Origin: an uncultured Aquificales bacterium
GTDB taxonomy: Bacteria; Thermosulfidibacterota; Thermosulfidibacteria; Thermosulfidibacterales; Thermosulfidibacteraceae
Length of the DNA stretch: 64,000 nucleotides
Assembly: GCA_964411615.1 (NCBI GenBank)
Contig: CAYPLO010000002.1
Coordinates: 1-64,000 of the forward strand
Direction of reading: 5' to 3'
A program made the position numbers and the translations under genes. The notes beneath the pieces are model-generated. The model ran no database searches, had not been told where the DNA came from, and saw only the letters and a program-made list of their open reading frames with translations. Shown here in pieces: positions 52,763-64,000 of the stretch. The stretch's first letter is position 1. The number at the start of each line of letters is the position of its first letter.

Positions 52763-53818
52763 CTACATGGCAGAATCGCTCACCCTTATAATCTCATCAA
52801 GCTCCCTTTTCAAACTCTCCGGAATACCCACTATGTCCACGTTGAGAAATCCCCTTACGATTGTGGCCACAGCCTCGTCCTCGGTGAGTCCCCTGGCCAT
52901 GAGGTACTCTATCTCCTCCTTGGCTATCTTGCCCACAGCCGCCTCGTGGGACATCTCCAGGTCCTTGGCCCGACCCTCAAGCTCAGGTATGGCATGAATC
53001 ACGCCCTTATCAGATAACAGCAGTCCCTTACACTCAAGGTGGGCCTTAACACCGGGGTATTCCCCTATGAGATGCCCCCTGGCTACAAGCCTTCCTCCGA
53101 AGGAGACCGCCCTTGAGACAACCTCCGCCTTTGTCTCCGGCGCCCTGAGATACACCCTGGTTCCAAGGTCCATCTCGGAGCCCTGGGTGCTCACAAGTAT
53201 GCTCTGGACCCTGGCAACGGCCCCCTCACCTTCAAGGTAGATGTTGGGATAGGCCTTGATACGGGCAGCGGGATGGAGACAGACGTAGTCGCTGATGTAG
53301 ACTCCCCCCTCCTCAACAAGCACAGCGGTCTTGGGAAGCACCTCCACCTCGGGGCCCCACATGTGTATCATGGTGAAGTGCAGCTTGCCTCCTCTTTTAA
53401 CGTAGAACTCGCTCACACCTATGTGCTTCCCCCTTCCCTTAGCCGTTGAACACCCGGTTATCACGTTCAGCTCAGCCCCCTCCTCAACCACTATGATGTT
53501 GTGGACGTGCTGAACCTCCTCCTCCTCTATCAGCAGGCAGGTCTGGACGGGAAATAGGGGGGATGCGTTGGGCTTCACCCTGATGAAGTACCCGTTGGAG
53601 AAGTCCCCTAAGGATGGGTCCTCCTTCAGAACCCCCCAGAGGTACCTCTCCGCCCCGGGAATCCTGCTGAGGGCCTCCCTGGTGGAGTATATCTCAACCC
53701 CCTCCTGCCTCACCGTGCACCTGGCAACCTGGCTGTCAACCTGCATGTAGGTGCCGGCCCTCTCCCTCTCCTCAACATCAATCCCTATCTTCTCAAGCTC
53801 AAGGTTCTTCACAGACAT
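52763..53818 (-). CDS. sufB: SufB/SufD family Fe-S scaffold (minimal SmsB type)
   Basis: [35 protein letters not shown]...YLMARGL. Confidence 0.85.
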   Translation of the reverse strand: MSVKNLELEKIGIDVEERERAGTYMQVDSQVARCTVRQEGVEIYSTREALSRIPGAERYLWGVLKEDPSLGDFSNGYFIRVKPNASPLFPVQTCLLIEEEEVQHVHNIIVVEEGAELNVITGCSTAKGRGKHIGVSEFYVKRGGKLHFTMIHMWGPEVEVLPKTAVLVEEGGVYISDYVCLHPAARIKAYPNIYLEGEGAVARVQSILVSTQGSEMDLGTRVYLRAPETKAEVVSRAVSFGGRLVARGHLIGEYPGVKAHLECKGLLLSDKGVIHAIPELEGRAKDLEMSHEAAVGKIAKEEIEYLMARGLTEDEAVATIVRGFLNVDIVGIPESLKRELDEIIRVSDSAM

Positions 53819-54570
53819 CTCTCACACTCCTTATACCCGTATTTTTCCACAGTTCTCAAAATGTCGCGGGGATTCCCCGCACACACTATCCTTCCGTTTA
53901 TGAGAACATAACCCAAATCGGCGTTAACGTAGTTAAGTATGTGTCCTGTATGGGTGATTATAAGGGCACTTTTGGCCCTCTCACGCCGGAGCTCCTTCAT
54001 GCTCTTACCCTCAGAGGGCTCAACTTCTCTGCCCAGTATCCTGTTTATGGCACTTCCCAGAAGAGCTATGCTCTCAAGGTCAACCCCGGATTCCGGTTCG
54101 TCAAGCAACAGAAGGTCAGGGTCCATGGCCATAAGCTGGAGAATCTCAGAGCGCTTCATCTCACCACCGGAGAAGCCATCGTTCACATCCCTGTCCAGAA
54201 ATCCCTCCATGTTGACCTGCCGGGCAAGCTCAACAGGGTCAACGCTTCTACCCCTTGCAGAGGCGGCAAGCTCAACTATCTGACGGGTCTTCACTCCCCT
54301 TATGACAGGAGGCCTCTGAAAGGCCAGACCTATACCCAGCTTAACCCTCTCGTAAACGGGCATATGGGTTATATCAATCCCCTTAAAGAGTATCCTTCCC
54401 TCTGTAACCCTGTAACCCGAAAAACCCATGATGGTCATTATGAGGGTTGTCTTGCCAGAGCCGTTGGGCCCCATGAGGGTTATAACCCTCCCCTTAGGCA
54501 CCTCCAGGTCTATACCGTGGAGAATCTCTCTTCCCGCAACCTCAACCTTAAGCCCCTCAACCTTCAGCAC
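53809..54570 (-). CDS. sufC: SufC Fe-S assembly ABC ATPase
   Basis: [41 protein letters not shown]-terminal CERC. Confidence 0.9.
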   Translation of the reverse strand: MLKVEGLKVEVAGREILHGIDLEVPKGRVITLMGPNGSGKTTLIMTIMGFSGYRVTEGRILFKGIDITHMPVYERVKLGIGLAFQRPPVIRGVKTRQIVELAASARGRSVDPVELARQVNMEGFLDRDVNDGFSGGEMKRSEILQLMAMDPDLLLLDEPESGVDLESIALLGSAINRILGREVEPSEGKSMKELRRERAKSALIITHTGHILNYVNADLGYVLINGRIVCAGNPRDILRTVEKYGYKECERCL

Positions 54571-54599
54571 AGCCTACCTCCAGCTCAGCTTTTGTTCAA

Positions 54600-54627
54600 A
54601 TTATATATAAGAATCACTTTTTGTCAA
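54600..54627 (-). promoter_or_regulatory. Consensus sigma70 promoter of the sufC operon
   Basis: TTGACA-16 nt-TATAAT; the -35 overlaps the upstream TGA stop. Confidence 0.8.
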
Positions 54628-55562
54628 GTTATCCTGTGGCACCTGACCCGGTGGCCATCCCCAAGCCCCACCCAGGGGGGCTCCTTCTCCATACAGATGT
54701 CCTCTGCCTCGGGACATCTTCCGGCGTAGGGGCATGCCCCATATCTTACCTGAACATCCTGTGAGAAAAGGTCCGGGAAGGGCCTTCCAGGAATGGGGAT
54801 GGCCTCAATAAGGGCCCTGGTGTAGGGATGGGCGGGCTCTCTCATCACATCCACAACGGTTCCCTCCTCAACCATATGCCCCCTGAAGAGTATCCCCACC
54901 CTGTCTCCTATCTCCGCCGCCACCGCAAAGTCGTGGGTGACAAAAAGCATGGCGGAACCCTCATCGTCAACGATGGACCTCAAGAGCTCCAGTATCTGGG
55001 CCTGTATGGTCACATCTAAGGCGGTGGTGGGCTCATCTGCGAGGATAAGCTCGGGAGATGCGGCTATGGCCATGGCTATAACCACCCTCTGCCTCATGCC
55101 TCCGCTGAACATGTGGGGATAGTGGTGGTACCTCACCGAGGGCTCAGGTATACCCAGCCTCTCAAAAAGAGCAATCACCCTCTCCTCAGCCTTTTCCCTG
55201 TCCATGCCCAAGTGGAACCTCAGAACCTCAGCCACCTGCTCCCCCACCTTCATGGTGGGATTGAGGGCGGTTAGGGGCTCCTGGAAGACCATCCCTATGC
55301 GCCTTCCCCTGAAGCCCAAAAGCTCCCTCTGGGACAGGGATAGCAGGTCAACACCGTCAAACACCACCCTGCCCTGCACCCTGGCAGAGGAGGGTAGCAG
55401 CCCGAGGATGGACTTCAAAAGCACGGTCTTGCCCGAACCGGACTCCCCCAGAAGACAGTAAACCTCGCCTTTATATAAAGAAAAGGAGACCCCACACAGG
55501 GCCTCCTCAAACCCTCCCCCATGGGGGAAGGCTACCTTCAACTCCTCTACAGAGAGAAGCAC
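54624..55562 (-). CDS. dppD: Oligo/dipeptide ABC transporter ATP-binding protein (DppD/OppD)
   Basis: GESGSGKT, FQEP.TALNP, SGGMRQR, DEPTTALD, HPYT, C-terminal Cys motif. Confidence 0.9.
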   Translation of the reverse strand: MLLSVEELKVAFPHGGGFEEALCGVSFSLYKGEVYCLLGESGSGKTVLLKSILGLLPSSARVQGRVVFDGVDLLSLSQRELLGFRGRRIGMVFQEPLTALNPTMKVGEQVAEVLRFHLGMDREKAEERVIALFERLGIPEPSVRYHHYPHMFSGGMRQRVVIAMAIAASPELILADEPTTALDVTIQAQILELLRSIVDDEGSAMLFVTHDFAVAAEIGDRVGILFRGHMVEEGTVVDVMREPAHPYTRALIEAIPIPGRPFPDLFSQDVQVRYGACPYAGRCPEAEDICMEKEPPWVGLGDGHRVRCHRIT

Positions 55563-56192
55563 CTACTTCTTGTGGACCAGAGACTCTCCCAGCCTCTTCC
55601 AGAAGAGATAGGTCTTCTTCAGGCCTGAAGCCTCCTCTTCCTCAGCGGGCTTCGCCTGGGCAACGGGCCTCTTAATCTCAACCTTCTTGGGCTGGGGCTT
55701 GACCTCAGCCTTCTTCTCAACTTCGGCTGCCTTAACAGCCACAGGGGCCCCCAGAGATACAGAGGAGACCAGGTCGGTCCTCAACTTGGCTATAAGCATG
55801 GGTATGGGAGAGGGTCCCCTATCTATCTCCCCTTTAAGGGCGGCGAAGGTCTTCTCTATATCGGCCACCTTATCCTTCGCCACAAAGGGCTTGAGTTCTG
55901 CAAAGAGCCTCTCGGCCCTGGCAAACTCCACAGCGGCAGACTGGTAGTCCCTCTCAACCATGGTCAGCACGTAAATCCTGTCCAGAACAGAGACCAGCTC
56001 CATCTCCTTGGCCTTCAACTCAAGGGCCGCCTCCTTTGAGGCAACCTCCTTGGCCACCTTCTTAACCTCCTGCAGCTCCCCCTTAACCCCAAGGTTGGAC
56101 AGGGCTATAATGAGAGCTATAACCGCTATAATTATGGCCACTATCCCTACAACCTTACCGTTTCCCCCTTTCTCCACCCTGGCCTCTTCCAT
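55563..56192 (-). CDS. Hypothetical single-TM coiled-coil protein
   Basis: Start moved to ATG 56192 behind GGAGGT; TM, helical body, Ala/Lys/Pro linker. Confidence 0.65.
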   Translation of the reverse strand: MEEARVEKGGNGKVVGIVAIIIAVIALIIALSNLGVKGELQEVKKVAKEVASKEAALELKAKEMELVSVLDRIYVLTMVERDYQSAAVEFARAERLFAELKPFVAKDKVADIEKTFAALKGEIDRGPSPIPMLIAKLRTDLVSSVSLGAPVAVKAAEVEKKAEVKPQPKKVEIKRPVAQAKPAEEEEASGLKKTYLFWKRLGESLVHKK

Positions 56193-56220
56193 CAGCCTAC
56201 CTCCTGACAGTTTTTGTAGA

Positions 56221-56249
56221 AGTAAAGCAGCAAAGCCCACAGTTGTCAA
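56221..56249 (-). promoter_or_regulatory. Putative sigma70 promoter for the 56192 gene and dppD
   Basis: TTGACA-17 nt-TTTACT. Confidence 0.45.
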
Positions 56250-56287
56250 CGCTTGACCCTCCCCGGATACGTGATAAATAGAAAACC

Positions 56288-57403
56288 ATGTTTACTCTTT
56301 TGATAAACGGCAAATTTCTCAAACCCGAAAGTTTTACCGATACCGAAGGATTACCCGTAAGGTTCTACGGCAGGATTAGGTGGGAGGAGAAGGCGAAAAG
56401 GCCCAGAAGGCCGTTTAAGGGCTATAGGAGGCTCCCTGCCGCCCTCAGGTGCCTTATGAATCTGCTCGACGAGCTGGAGGAGCTTGAAGTCTGCAAGAGC
56501 TACAGGACCGCCGTTGTGGTATCGGCCAAGCTGGAGAGGGAGAGGGACCTCCTGGCGCTGAAGGCGGCGGAGAACCCGGACAGGGTCTCCCCCTCCGACG
56601 GCTTCATCTTCACCCACAACGGGGTTAACCTGCTTGTGGCCCAGTACCTTGGGCTTGAGTTCTACTACGGACTGGGGATAGACCATGTATGCTCTTCAGG
56701 TCTGGATGTGCTCGGGATAGGGGCAGAGTTGATAAGCTCAAAGAAGGTGCAAACCGCGGTGGTCGTCACCGTAAACAGCATGGCCTCTCCCTCAAGAACG
56801 GCCTACCACAGGAACCTCAAGGTGGTGAGCAGAAGCGGTGTGATAAGGCCCTTCGACAGAAGAAGGGACGGAACCATCTTCGCAGACGGTATGGCGGTGG
56901 CCCTCCTGTGCTCAGAGGAGGTGGCATCCAAAGAAGGGCTAAAGCCCGTGGCTGCCATAACGGGCTACGGAGCCGTCAGCGACTCCCACCATATGTTCTC
57001 CATAAGGGAGGATGGTGGTGGGTTCAAAAGGGCTATAGAGGAAGCCTTAGATAACCGCCAGATAGACCTCATAAAGGCCCACGCCACAGGCACCGTTGTG
57101 AACGATAAGGTGGAGGCCAGAGCCTACAGGGAGCTGTTTCATAAGCCGAGGGTGACGGCCCTGAAGCCCGTAATGGGCCACTCAGTAACATCCTCAGGGC
57201 TATCAGAGACCCTATACCTTCTTGAGTGGCTGCAAAGGGGCCTTGTTCCGGCCATAGAGACCCTTGAAGAGCCGGACCCCGACTGCTCCGGAATAGAACC
57301 CGTAACCAAGGTGGAAAGCTGGAAGGGAAGACATGTGTTATCTGTGGCGGCAGGCTTCGGAGGCTTCTTCAGCGCCATAAGGATGGAGGTGCTCAATGGC
57401 TAA
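56288..57403 (+). CDS. Beta-ketoacyl synthase family protein (FabF/FabB-like, divergent N-terminus)
   Basis: Cys-His-His triad: HVCSSG, KAHATGT, KPVMGHS; RPFD..RDG; GFGG. Confidence 0.8.
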   Translation: MFTLLINGKFLKPESFTDTEGLPVRFYGRIRWEEKAKRPRRPFKGYRRLPAALRCLMNLLDELEELEVCKSYRTAVVVSAKLERERDLLALKAAENPDRVSPSDGFIFTHNGVNLLVAQYLGLEFYYGLGIDHVCSSGLDVLGIGAELISSKKVQTAVVVTVNSMASPSRTAYHRNLKVVSRSGVIRPFDRRRDGTIFADGMAVALLCSEEVASKEGLKPVAAITGYGAVSDSHHMFSIREDGGGFKRAIEEALDNRQIDLIKAHATGTVVNDKVEARAYRELFHKPRVTALKPVMGHSVTSSGLSETLYLLEWLQRGLVPAIETLEEPDPDCSGIEPVTKVESWKGRHVLSVAAGFGGFFSAIRMEVLNG

Positions 57404-57839
57404 AAGGAGAGTAGCATGCCCCAGATGCGGATACGAGATAGAGGTCTATAAGAATCCCGTGCCCACTGTGGACATCATAATAGAGACACCAGAGGGCATC
57501 GTGCTGGTTGAGAGGAAGAACCCTCCTCTGGGATGGGCCCTGCCCGGCGGCTTTGTGGACTACGGAGAGACCCTTGAGGAGGCAGCCCTCAGGGAGGCGA
57601 AGGAGGAGACGGGGCTTGATATTGAGCTTGTGAGGCAGTTCCATGCCTACTCAGACCCGAACAGGGACCCGAGACAGCACACCATAACGGTGGTGTTTGT
57701 GGCAAAGGCGAAAGGCACCCCAAGGGGAGGCGATGACGCCAAAAGGGCCGTGGCCTTCCCAAAAGACAGGATACCCTATGATAGGCTGGCCTTTGACCAT
57801 GCAAGGATAATAAGGGACTACTTAGAGGGCAGGTACTGA
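57396..57839 (+). CDS. NUDIX hydrolase
   Basis: Nudix box [38 protein letters not shown]. Confidence 0.92.
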   Translation: MAKRRVACPRCGYEIEVYKNPVPTVDIIIETPEGIVLVERKNPPLGWALPGGFVDYGETLEEAALREAKEETGLDIELVRQFHAYSDPNRDPRQHTITVVFVAKAKGTPRGGDDAKRAVAFPKDRIPYDRLAFDHARIIRDYLEGRY

Positions 57840-59200
57840 TGCATATGATAAACGAAAAGTGTGGAATAGCAGGGGTATACGGGCATCCGGAGGCGGCTAA
57901 CCTGGTGTACCTGTGCCTCTACGCCCTTCAGCACAGGGGGCAGGAGAGCGCCGGTATAGCCTCCTGGGACGGCAAGGAGATTCACATAGTGAAAAAGATG
58001 GGGCTTGTGGCCGACATCTTTGACTCCGAAACCCTCAAAGGGCTAAAAGGGCACGCGGCCATAGGCCACAACAGGTACTCAACCACAGGGGAGAGCACCC
58101 TGAAGAACGCACAGCCCCTCTTCGTAAACTTCAAGTACGGAGACTTGGCAGTGGCCCACAACGGCAACCTTGTAAACGCCTGTGCCATAAGGGAGAGACT
58201 GGAGAATGAGGGGGCCATATTCCAGTCCACCATGGACACAGAGGTGCTTGTTCACCTCATATCAAGGGCACCCTACAACACCTTCATGGACAGCCTCATA
58301 TACGCACTGAAGCAGCTCAAAGGGGCCTTCTCCCTCCTTATCCTGAGAAAGGACGAGATGATAGCCGTCAGGGACCCATGGGGCATAAGGCCCCTGGTGC
58401 TGGGCATGCTCAAGGACGCATACGTTGTGGCATCCGAAACCTGTGCCTTAGACCTCATAGATGCGGTATACGTGAGGGAGGTAAACCCGGGAGAGGTGCT
58501 CGTAATCAACAGAGAGGGGGTAAGGTCCATATACCCCTTTGATAAGGAGCCCATGCACCACTGTATCTTTGAGTTCATATACTTCGCAAGGCCCGACTCC
58601 TTCATATTCAACAGGAACGTGTATGAAGTGAGGTACAACTTCGGCAGGATGCTGGCCAGGGAGAGCACCTGCGAAGCAGATATAGTGATACCTGTGCCGG
58701 ACTCGGGGATAGTGGCGGCCCTGGGGTTCTCAAAGGAATCGGGCATCCCCTTTGAGATGGGACTAATCAGGAACCACTATGTTGGCAGGACATTCATAGA
58801 GCCCAAGGACTCGGTGAGGCACTTTGGTGTGAGGGTGAAGCTCAACCCTGTAAAAGAAGTGTTGAAGGGGAAAAGGGTGGTTGTGATAGACGACTCCATA
58901 GTGAGGGGAACCACATCCATGAAGATTGTGAAGATGATAAGGGGAGCCGGAGCCAAGGAGGTGCACATGAAGATAAGCTCCCCACCCATCACCCACTCAT
59001 GTTTTTACGGCATAGACACCCCAACCAGAAGGGAACTGATAGCCTCATCCCATTCAGTTGAGGAGATAAGGAGGTTCATAACCGCCGACACCTTACAGTA
59101 CCTGAGCCTTGAGGGGATGCTGAAGGCGGCAGGATACACGGCTGATGACCACCCCTTCTGCTTAGCCTGCTTCACGGGAGACTATCCCGTCAAGCCATGA
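57839..59200 (+). CDS. purF: Amidophosphoribosyltransferase
   Basis: EKCG propeptide site, [26 protein letters not shown], Fe-S Cys ligands. Confidence 0.97.
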   Translation: MHMINEKCGIAGVYGHPEAANLVYLCLYALQHRGQESAGIASWDGKEIHIVKKMGLVADIFDSETLKGLKGHAAIGHNRYSTTGESTLKNAQPLFVNFKYGDLAVAHNGNLVNACAIRERLENEGAIFQSTMDTEVLVHLISRAPYNTFMDSLIYALKQLKGAFSLLILRKDEMIAVRDPWGIRPLVLGMLKDAYVVASETCALDLIDAVYVREVNPGEVLVINREGVRSIYPFDKEPMHHCIFEFIYFARPDSFIFNRNVYEVRYNFGRMLARESTCEADIVIPVPDSGIVAALGFSKESGIPFEMGLIRNHYVGRTFIEPKDSVRHFGVRVKLNPVKEVLKGKRVVVIDDSIVRGTTSMKIVKMIRGAGAKEVHMKISSPPITHSCFYGIDTPTRRELIASSHSVEEIRRFITADTLQYLSLEGMLKAAGYTADDHPFCLACFTGDYPVKP

Positions 59201-60954
59201 CGGAGACCATAGCCGAGAAGATAAGAGAGGCCCCGGACAAAAGCGGGGTATATCTATTCAAAGACAAAGAGGGAAACGTCCTATACGTGGGGAAGGCCAA
59301 GAACCTGAGAAACAGGCTGAGGAGCTATCTCTCATCAAAGGTCCCCCACAAGATATCGGTCATGCTGAAGAAGGCGTGGGACCTGGAGGTAATGACCACA
59401 GACTCGGAGCTGAACGCCTTCATCCTTGAGAACAACCTGATAAAGACCCACAAGCCCCCCTTCAACGTTATGCTGAAGGACGACAAGACCTACCCATACA
59501 TCAGAATAGCCATGAAAGACCCCTTCCCCTTCATAGAGATAACCAGAAGGGTTCAGCGGGACGGCTCCATATACTACGGCCCCTACGTGCCGGCCTGGGC
59601 TGTAAGAGAGACCATCAAGGTTCTCACCCAGAGCTTCCCCATAAGAAGGTGCAAGAGGGACCTGACGAAGACAAAGCAGAACAGGCCCTGCCTCAACCAT
59701 CAGATGGGGAAGTGCCTCGGCCCCTGCTGCGGGAATGTGAGCCGAGAGGAGTACATGGAGGTTGTGAAGGAGCTTATTGAGCTTATGGAGGGGCGTGGCT
59801 CAAGCATAGTGGATAGGCTGGAAAAGGAGATGATGGAGGCGGCAGACAACTTGGAGTTTGAGAAGGCTGCCAAGCTAAGGGACCGTATATTCTCAATCCG
59901 GAAGATAATGGAGAGGCAGAAGATGCTCCTTGAGGAGAAGCTGGATATGGACGTGATTGGGGAGGCCGCCGAGAGAGAGACCGTATGCCTGTGCGTGATA
60001 TTCGTGAGGAAGGGGATGGTGGTTGGGGAAAAGCCCTTCATCTTTGACGACGCCCAGGTGGAAGAGGCCATAGAGGCCCTGTTCAGGGAGTTCTATCTGG
60101 AAGCCCAGGAGAGACCCCCTGTGATACTAACCAGATGCAGAAGCTCCATAGAGTGGGAGGATGTCCTCAACATAAAGGTGAAGGCCCCGTGGAACAGGCA
60201 GACTGAGGAGATAGTAGCCTTTGCAAGGGAGAAGGCACAGGAGGAGCTGAGAAGACACCTTGAAAAGAAGAGGGAAGCGGAAGAGCTCATGGAGGAGGCG
60301 GTCAGGGTTCTGGGGCTGAAGAGGCCACCCCTCAGGATAGAGGGATACGACATCTCCAACCTGCAGGGTAGGGAGGCCACAGGCTCAATGGTGGTATTTG
60401 AGCTGGGCAAACCGGCCAAGTCCCAGTACAGGAGGTTTAAGATAAGATATATCCAGGGACCGGACGACTACGCAATGCACGAGGAGGTCATGAGAAGGAG
60501 GCTCTCCCACACCGAGTGGAAGAGGCCCGACCTGATACTGATTGACGGTGGCCCGGGACAGCTCAAGAGGGTGGCCTCGGTGGTTCAGGATGCGGGATGG
60601 GACGTTGACATACTTGCCATATCCAAGGGGGAAGACAGGGACCACATATGGAGCCTAAAGGGAGAGATAGAGCTACCATCCAGCCATCCGGTCTACCATC
60701 TACTTCAAAGGGTAAGAGACGAAAGCCACAGATTCGCTTTGAGCCATCATAGAAGACTGAGAAGCAAGAGGATGCTTGAAGGGCTCCTTGACGGCATAGA
60801 GGGGGTGGGACCTGCCAGAAAGCTCAAGATTCTTCAGGCCATCAGCCTGAGGGACGAGATACCACCGGCCCACGTTCTGGCCAAGGAGTGCAACATACCC
60901 CTGAGGATAGCCCAGGAGGTGGTTAGAATACTGGGAGGGGAGCAATGTCCATAA
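59197..60954 (+). CDS. uvrC: Excinuclease ABC subunit C
   Basis: GIY-YIG (GVY...YVGKA), [27 protein letters not shown]. Confidence 0.95.
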   Translation: MTETIAEKIREAPDKSGVYLFKDKEGNVLYVGKAKNLRNRLRSYLSSKVPHKISVMLKKAWDLEVMTTDSELNAFILENNLIKTHKPPFNVMLKDDKTYPYIRIAMKDPFPFIEITRRVQRDGSIYYGPYVPAWAVRETIKVLTQSFPIRRCKRDLTKTKQNRPCLNHQMGKCLGPCCGNVSREEYMEVVKELIELMEGRGSSIVDRLEKEMMEAADNLEFEKAAKLRDRIFSIRKIMERQKMLLEEKLDMDVIGEAAERETVCLCVIFVRKGMVVGEKPFIFDDAQVEEAIEALFREFYLEAQERPPVILTRCRSSIEWEDVLNIKVKAPWNRQTEEIVAFAREKAQEELRRHLEKKREAEELMEEAVRVLGLKRPPLRIEGYDISNLQGREATGSMVVFELGKPAKSQYRRFKIRYIQGPDDYAMHEEVMRRRLSHTEWKRPDLILIDGGPGQLKRVASVVQDAGWDVDILAISKGEDRDHIWSLKGEIELPSSHPVYHLLQRVRDESHRFALSHHRRLRSKRMLEGLLDGIEGVGPARKLKILQAISLRDEIPPAHVLAKECNIPLRIAQEVVRILGGEQCP

Positions 60955-61889
60955 GAGACTTCGGAAAACCCATGGACCCGCAGGTGATGCAGGATTTGAA
61001 GGACTACTTTGAGGACAGGGACTACATGGTGATAGCGGTGGCCGAAAAGGAGCCTGTAAGGGTCTACACACTGAAGGCCACAGAGACGGTGAGAAAGGCG
61101 CAGCTCATACACGGACTCAGCCCCATAGTGGCGGTAATAGCGGGCAGGGTCATCTGTGGTGCCCTGCTTCTATCAAGCATGATAAAGCACGCGAGTCCCC
61201 AGAAGCTGGTGCTGAAGCTAGAGACAGAGGGGCCCATCAGGCAGGTTGCGGCGGAGGTGGACGGCTTCGGAAACGCAAGATGCATGGTGAATACAGAGCC
61301 TGTGGAACAGAAGACCAAGGTAGTTGACGGCAGAAGGAAGTTTGACGTGTCGGGAGTTGTGGGAAAGGGAAGGCTCGTGGTGATAAAGGACCTGGGGATG
61401 AAGGAGCCCTACATAAGCGTTGTCCCCCTGATATCGGGAGAGATAGCCCAGGACGTGGCCTACTACCTGTGGAAGTCTGAACAGATTCCATCGGCGGTGG
61501 CCCTGGGAGTACTTATAGACACGGACGGTATGGTTAAACATGCAGGGGGCTACCTTGTGCAGCCCTTAGGAGGTGCATCCCCCGAGGTGGTTGAAAAGAT
61601 AGAGAAGAGGGTAAAGGAGATGCCCCCCGTAACCAGGCTCATGGAGGAGGGAAAGAGGCCGGAGGATATAGCCCTGAGCATTCTGGAGGGCATGAATCCC
61701 CATCTTATAGGCCTCAAAGAGGTCAGATACCACTGCCCCTGCAACAAAGAGATAGCTGCACAGATAGCAAGGGCCATCCCGGAAGATGAACTCTCAAGGA
61801 TGCTTGCCGAGAGGGGATACGTTGAGATAACCTGCAACTACTGCGGCAAAATCTACAGGTTCACAGAAGAATGCTTAAAAGACTCGTAA
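60945..61889 (+). CDS. hslO: Redox-regulated chaperone Hsp33
   Basis: SGEIAQD.AYY..SEQIPS, AGG, CPC...CNYC zinc centre. Confidence 0.93.
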   Translation: MSIRDFGKPMDPQVMQDLKDYFEDRDYMVIAVAEKEPVRVYTLKATETVRKAQLIHGLSPIVAVIAGRVICGALLLSSMIKHASPQKLVLKLETEGPIRQVAAEVDGFGNARCMVNTEPVEQKTKVVDGRRKFDVSGVVGKGRLVVIKDLGMKEPYISVVPLISGEIAQDVAYYLWKSEQIPSAVALGVLIDTDGMVKHAGGYLVQPLGGASPEVVEKIEKRVKEMPPVTRLMEEGKRPEDIALSILEGMNPHLIGLKEVRYHCPCNKEIAAQIARAIPEDELSRMLAERGYVEITCNYCGKIYRFTEECLKDS

Positions 61890-63637
61890 AGGAGCTCAGG
61901 CTTGAAGAATCCGGCCGCTGGGTAATCTACGGCCTCGTAATAGGCATTATAGCGGGAACGGGCTCCGCCCTCTTCTTCTGGATGCTTGAACATGCCAAGC
62001 ACCTGATAATGTGCCACATAGCGGGCTTTGAGGCCCCCGCCCCTTACGGAGAACGCCTCTTCCAGGAAGCCCACTGCGCCCAGTTCAAAAGGGTCATCTT
62101 CTTCCTGCTTCCAGCCCTGGGAGGCCTCATCTCAGGCATACTGGTATACCTCTTCGCCCCCGAGGCTGAAGGGCACGGCACGGACGCCATGATAGAGGCC
62201 TTCCACTACAGAAAGGGGGAGATAAGGGGAAGGGTGCCTGTGATAAAGACCGTAGCCACCGTGGCGGTCCTGGCCACAGGGGGCTCCGCAGGTAGGGAAG
62301 GACCCACCATCCAGATAGGAGCAGGCTTTGGCTCGTACCTGGCTCAGAAGCTGAAGCTCACCCCCAGAGAGAGGCGTATCATGCTCATAGCCGGAGCGGG
62401 AGGGGGCCTCGGGGCCATCTTCAGGGCACCCCTGGGAGGAGCCCTCACCGCCATGGAGGTCCTTTACAAAGAGGACCTTGAGACTGAAGCGTTGATACCC
62501 ACCGTTATATCCTCCATCACGGGGTACATCATCTTCACCCAGGTCTTCGGCCACGACAGGATATTCTACCTTCCCGAGTACTACTTTAGAGATGTAAGGG
62601 AACTGCCATTCTTCATACTGCTCGGCCTTCTATGCGTTCCCCTGGGAGCCTTCTACGTAAAGTTCTTCTACTTCTGCAGGGACAGGATATTCAGGCCCAT
62701 GCCCATCCCCACCATACTCAAGCCGGCAGTGGGAGGGCTGATGGTAGGCGTACTGGGCCTGCTCTTCCCCCAGGTCTATGGAGACGGGTGGGGCTGGATA
62801 CAGCAGGCCATACTGAGAAAGCTGGACCTTCACGTATTCTACTACCTCATATTCCTGAAGATAGCGGCAACATCCTTCACCATCGCATCCGGTGGTTCGG
62901 GAGGTGTCTTCGGTCCCACCCTCTTTATCGGCGGAATGCTGGGGGGACTTGTGGGGTTCACAGCCCATCACTTCTTCCCGGATATAGTGAGGGAGCCGGG
63001 AATATACGTGGTGGTGGGTATGTCGGGCTTCTTCGCAGGAGTGGCCAACGCCCCCATAGGCTCGCTCTTAATGTGCAGCGAGATGACGGGAGGTTACGAG
63101 CTTATAACCCCCCTGCTTCTGGTCTCCATAATAGCCCTTATACTCACCAGAAAGTGGTCCATCTACGAAAAGCAGGTCTGGAACAAGTTCCACTCCCCCG
63201 CCCACGCAGGAGATGTGACCATAAACATACTGGAGACCATACAGGTGAAGGAGGCCTACAGACCCGAGAGATTGAGGGCGGTAAGTATCGGGGAGAAGTT
63301 CAGGAGGATAAAGGAGCTTCTCGCATCGCAGGACTGCGTTCCTGTGGTGGATGTGGCCGGAAACTTAGTGGGAATCATAGCCTTTGACAGAATCAAACCC
63401 GCCTTTCTGGAAGTGGAGTTTGAGGATATGCTCATAGCAGAGGATATAATGGTAAAACCCGTGGTGGTTCAGGAAGAGTCCTCCCTCTACGATGCTCTGA
63501 TAAAGATGCTTGACGGCAACCTAAGATTTGCCCTTGTGGTCTCAAGGGACGACCCCAACAGAACTCTGGGCATCCTGAGATTCAAAGACATAGTGGAAAG
63601 CTACAACAGAAAGATTAGCGAAAGATTGAGGGAATGA
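61871..63637 (+). CDS. ClC chloride channel / Cl-/H+ antiporter with CBS pair
   Basis: GHGTD, GREGP, GGVFGP, EMTG; C-terminal CBS domains. Confidence 0.92.
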   Translation: MLKRLVKELRLEESGRWVIYGLVIGIIAGTGSALFFWMLEHAKHLIMCHIAGFEAPAPYGERLFQEAHCAQFKRVIFFLLPALGGLISGILVYLFAPEAEGHGTDAMIEAFHYRKGEIRGRVPVIKTVATVAVLATGGSAGREGPTIQIGAGFGSYLAQKLKLTPRERRIMLIAGAGGGLGAIFRAPLGGALTAMEVLYKEDLETEALIPTVISSITGYIIFTQVFGHDRIFYLPEYYFRDVRELPFFILLGLLCVPLGAFYVKFFYFCRDRIFRPMPIPTILKPAVGGLMVGVLGLLFPQVYGDGWGWIQQAILRKLDLHVFYYLIFLKIAATSFTIASGGSGGVFGPTLFIGGMLGGLVGFTAHHFFPDIVREPGIYVVVGMSGFFAGVANAPIGSLLMCSEMTGGYELITPLLLVSIIALILTRKWSIYEKQVWNKFHSPAHAGDVTINILETIQVKEAYRPERLRAVSIGEKFRRIKELLASQDCVPVVDVAGNLVGIIAFDRIKPAFLEVEFEDMLIAEDIMVKPVVVQEESSLYDALIKMLDGNLRFALVVSRDDPNRTLGILRFKDIVESYNRKISERLRE

Positions 63638-64000
63638 AAGGTGCATTTTTACTCGTCTCAGCCCTTATCCATGCAGCTTTGCTACTTATACCCATAGCAC
63701 CGTGCAAGGAGCCATACCGCATCCCCATTAGGGATAATCCAATAACTGTAACCTTCGTGGAAGAGGAAACCCCCAGACAGACTGCAAACCTCCAGGCTAA
63801 AAACAAAAGAACCAGAGCACAGAAGAGAAGAAGAACCAGAATCCAAGCCAAAAGAACACAAAAGGCCAAAAGACCGAAAGTTCAGGTTAGAAGAGCAGCC
63901 GTATCACAAACTAACACAATAAAACCACCCGCCAAGAAGATGAGTTTTAGAACTCCCGTCAGTAAAGTCTCTGGGACATCCACCACAAAAAGTCATCCAC
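63634..64000 (+). CDS. Probable TonB-family protein, partial (runs off the window)
   Basis: Not in the ORF track. ATGA overlap with the ClC stop; [20 protein letters not shown] with SxxxH, then an Arg/Lys/Thr-rich linker, open to the window end. Confidence 0.55.
   Translation, partial: MKGAFLLVSALIHAALLLIPIAPCKEPYRIPIRDNPITVTFVEEETPRQTANLQAKNKRTRAQKRRRTRIQAKRTQKAKRPKVQVRRAAVSQTNTIKPPAKKMSFRTPVSKVSGTSTTKSHP

Noticed and set aside
62632..63387. 251-aa alternative-frame ORF inside the ClC gene
   Set aside because: Same-strand off-frame ORF, Arg/Gly-rich; the ClC frame is intact, so no frameshift is needed

Overview
Gene-dense bacterial chromosomal segment of about 73 CDSs, most with overlapping or abutting start/stop codons. 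It is mostly housekeeping. The protein composition and gene content suggest a thermophilic, probably anaerobic, LPS-bearing bacterium; this is inference, and no taxon is assigned. Contents from left to right: (1) a partial membrane GGDEF diguanylate cyclase missed by the ORF track; (2) a long minus-strand run, rplU-rpmA-obgE-proB-proA-nadD-rsfS-lapAB-like-pilC-tauE-nfu-dppC-pilF-like-radical SAM-rodZ-like; (3) rpiB-glyA-dCMP deaminase-nrdR-ktrB-CNNM-speB-radical SAM; (4) a patch of degenerate small proteins (P-II lacking T/B-loop residues, J-domain without HPD, PIN-like) plus a patatin; (5) a sigma54-driven flagellar operon, flgBC-fliEFGHIJ-motE-like-fliK-like; (6) murJ; (7) a coupled operon sufC-sufB-tkt-CoA-disulfide reductase-lpxA-gnnA-like-mnmA-MNT-HEPN; (8) an orphan ketosynthase-NUDIX-purF-uvrC-hslO-ClC-tonB-like run. 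I saw no tRNA, rRNA, CRISPR array, transposase or phage genes. The best leads are three. First, an anti-SD hairpin at flgB whose 5' arm ends at the predicted sigma54 start site, a possible translational insulator against read-through. Second, an exact 21-bp translation-initiation repeat shared by rplU and an unknown small membrane gene. Third, a minimal SufCB operon bundled with a CoA-disulfide reductase and a C-type MnmA. All functional calls come from motif recognition by eye, not from database searches.
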